Source: Eledone cirrhosa
Lineage: Eukaryota
DNA: 64,000 nt
Reading direction: 5' to 3'
NCBI GenBank assembly: GCA_964016885.1
Contig: OZ024741.1
Span: 179,180,001 to 179,244,000 of the forward strand
Part shown: in pieces, positions 63,620 through 64,000 of the stretch
Position numbering within the stretch: position 1 is the first letter of the stretch
Layout: each line of letters opens with the position of its first letter
Position numbers and translations under genes: made by a program
The notes under the pieces: generated by a model
The model's input: only the letters and a program-made list of their open reading frames with translations
What the model was told of the DNA's origin: nothing
The model's database searches: none

Positions 63620-64000
63620 TTTTACGATGTATACTGAATGGCGAATCTTCGCTTGCGAAGATCAGTGGGAAGAATTGTTGTCCTGTTCTGTGCGGTGCGG
63701 TGGCACGTCCTGGGGTGGCTGTAGAGGCCAATTCTGAACCTGCGGGCTTTGGTACAGTTGGGGCAAGTCTGTACTTTGTCATTGGGGATAGTGTGGTGGA
63801 CAGCTTTCTTCTTTGATGTTTGTCTTGGACCAGCTGGTGGATGAGTTGTCCGTCGTAGAAAACTGCCTGAAGTCGTCCATGCGCGAGACATGACCTGCCC
63901 AGCGAAGCTGTCTCATCATCAGTATGCTCTCAATACTTGTGATATCGGCCCCCTTGATAACTTCCTCGTTTGTTACATAATCCTGCCAATGGATGCCCAT
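63620..64000 (-). mobile_element. RTE-BovB-like LINE 3' fragment
   Basis: 'GIHWQDYVTNEEV..SIESILMMRQLRWAGHVSRM' and terminal 'CPNC..RIGLYSH.R.C'. Confidence 0.8.

Overview
Repeat-dominated animal genomic DNA. The huge (TA)n/(CA)n/(CATA)n tracts and the SINE repertoire suggest a cephalopod such as Octopus (inference, not verified). A 200-N assembly gap lies at 27706-27905. Only one convincing host gene is present: an intronless class A biogenic-amine GPCR of tyramine/octopamine-receptor type (53076-54434, +). Most long ORFs in the track (IYIY.., CVCV.., HTHT..) are microsatellite artefacts. The rest is decayed retroelements: a CR1-like LINE, RTE LINEs, R4-like and CRE-like RLE-domain fragments, tRNA-derived SINEs and several Penelope-like element (PLE) RT and GIY-YIG fragments. 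The most striking hidden structure is a dense set of type I hammerhead ribozyme motifs, more than a dozen from about ten sequence families, which I folded by eye. Most lie in short asymmetric fold-back (inverted-repeat) inserts within (TA)n tracts. Where a family has several copies, they share fixed 'short arm' and 'long arm + tail' endpoints. Two families are physically linked to PLE GIY-YIG ORFs, two use a U3-A8 variant core, and one is an ORF-less 530-nt retrozyme-like unit.
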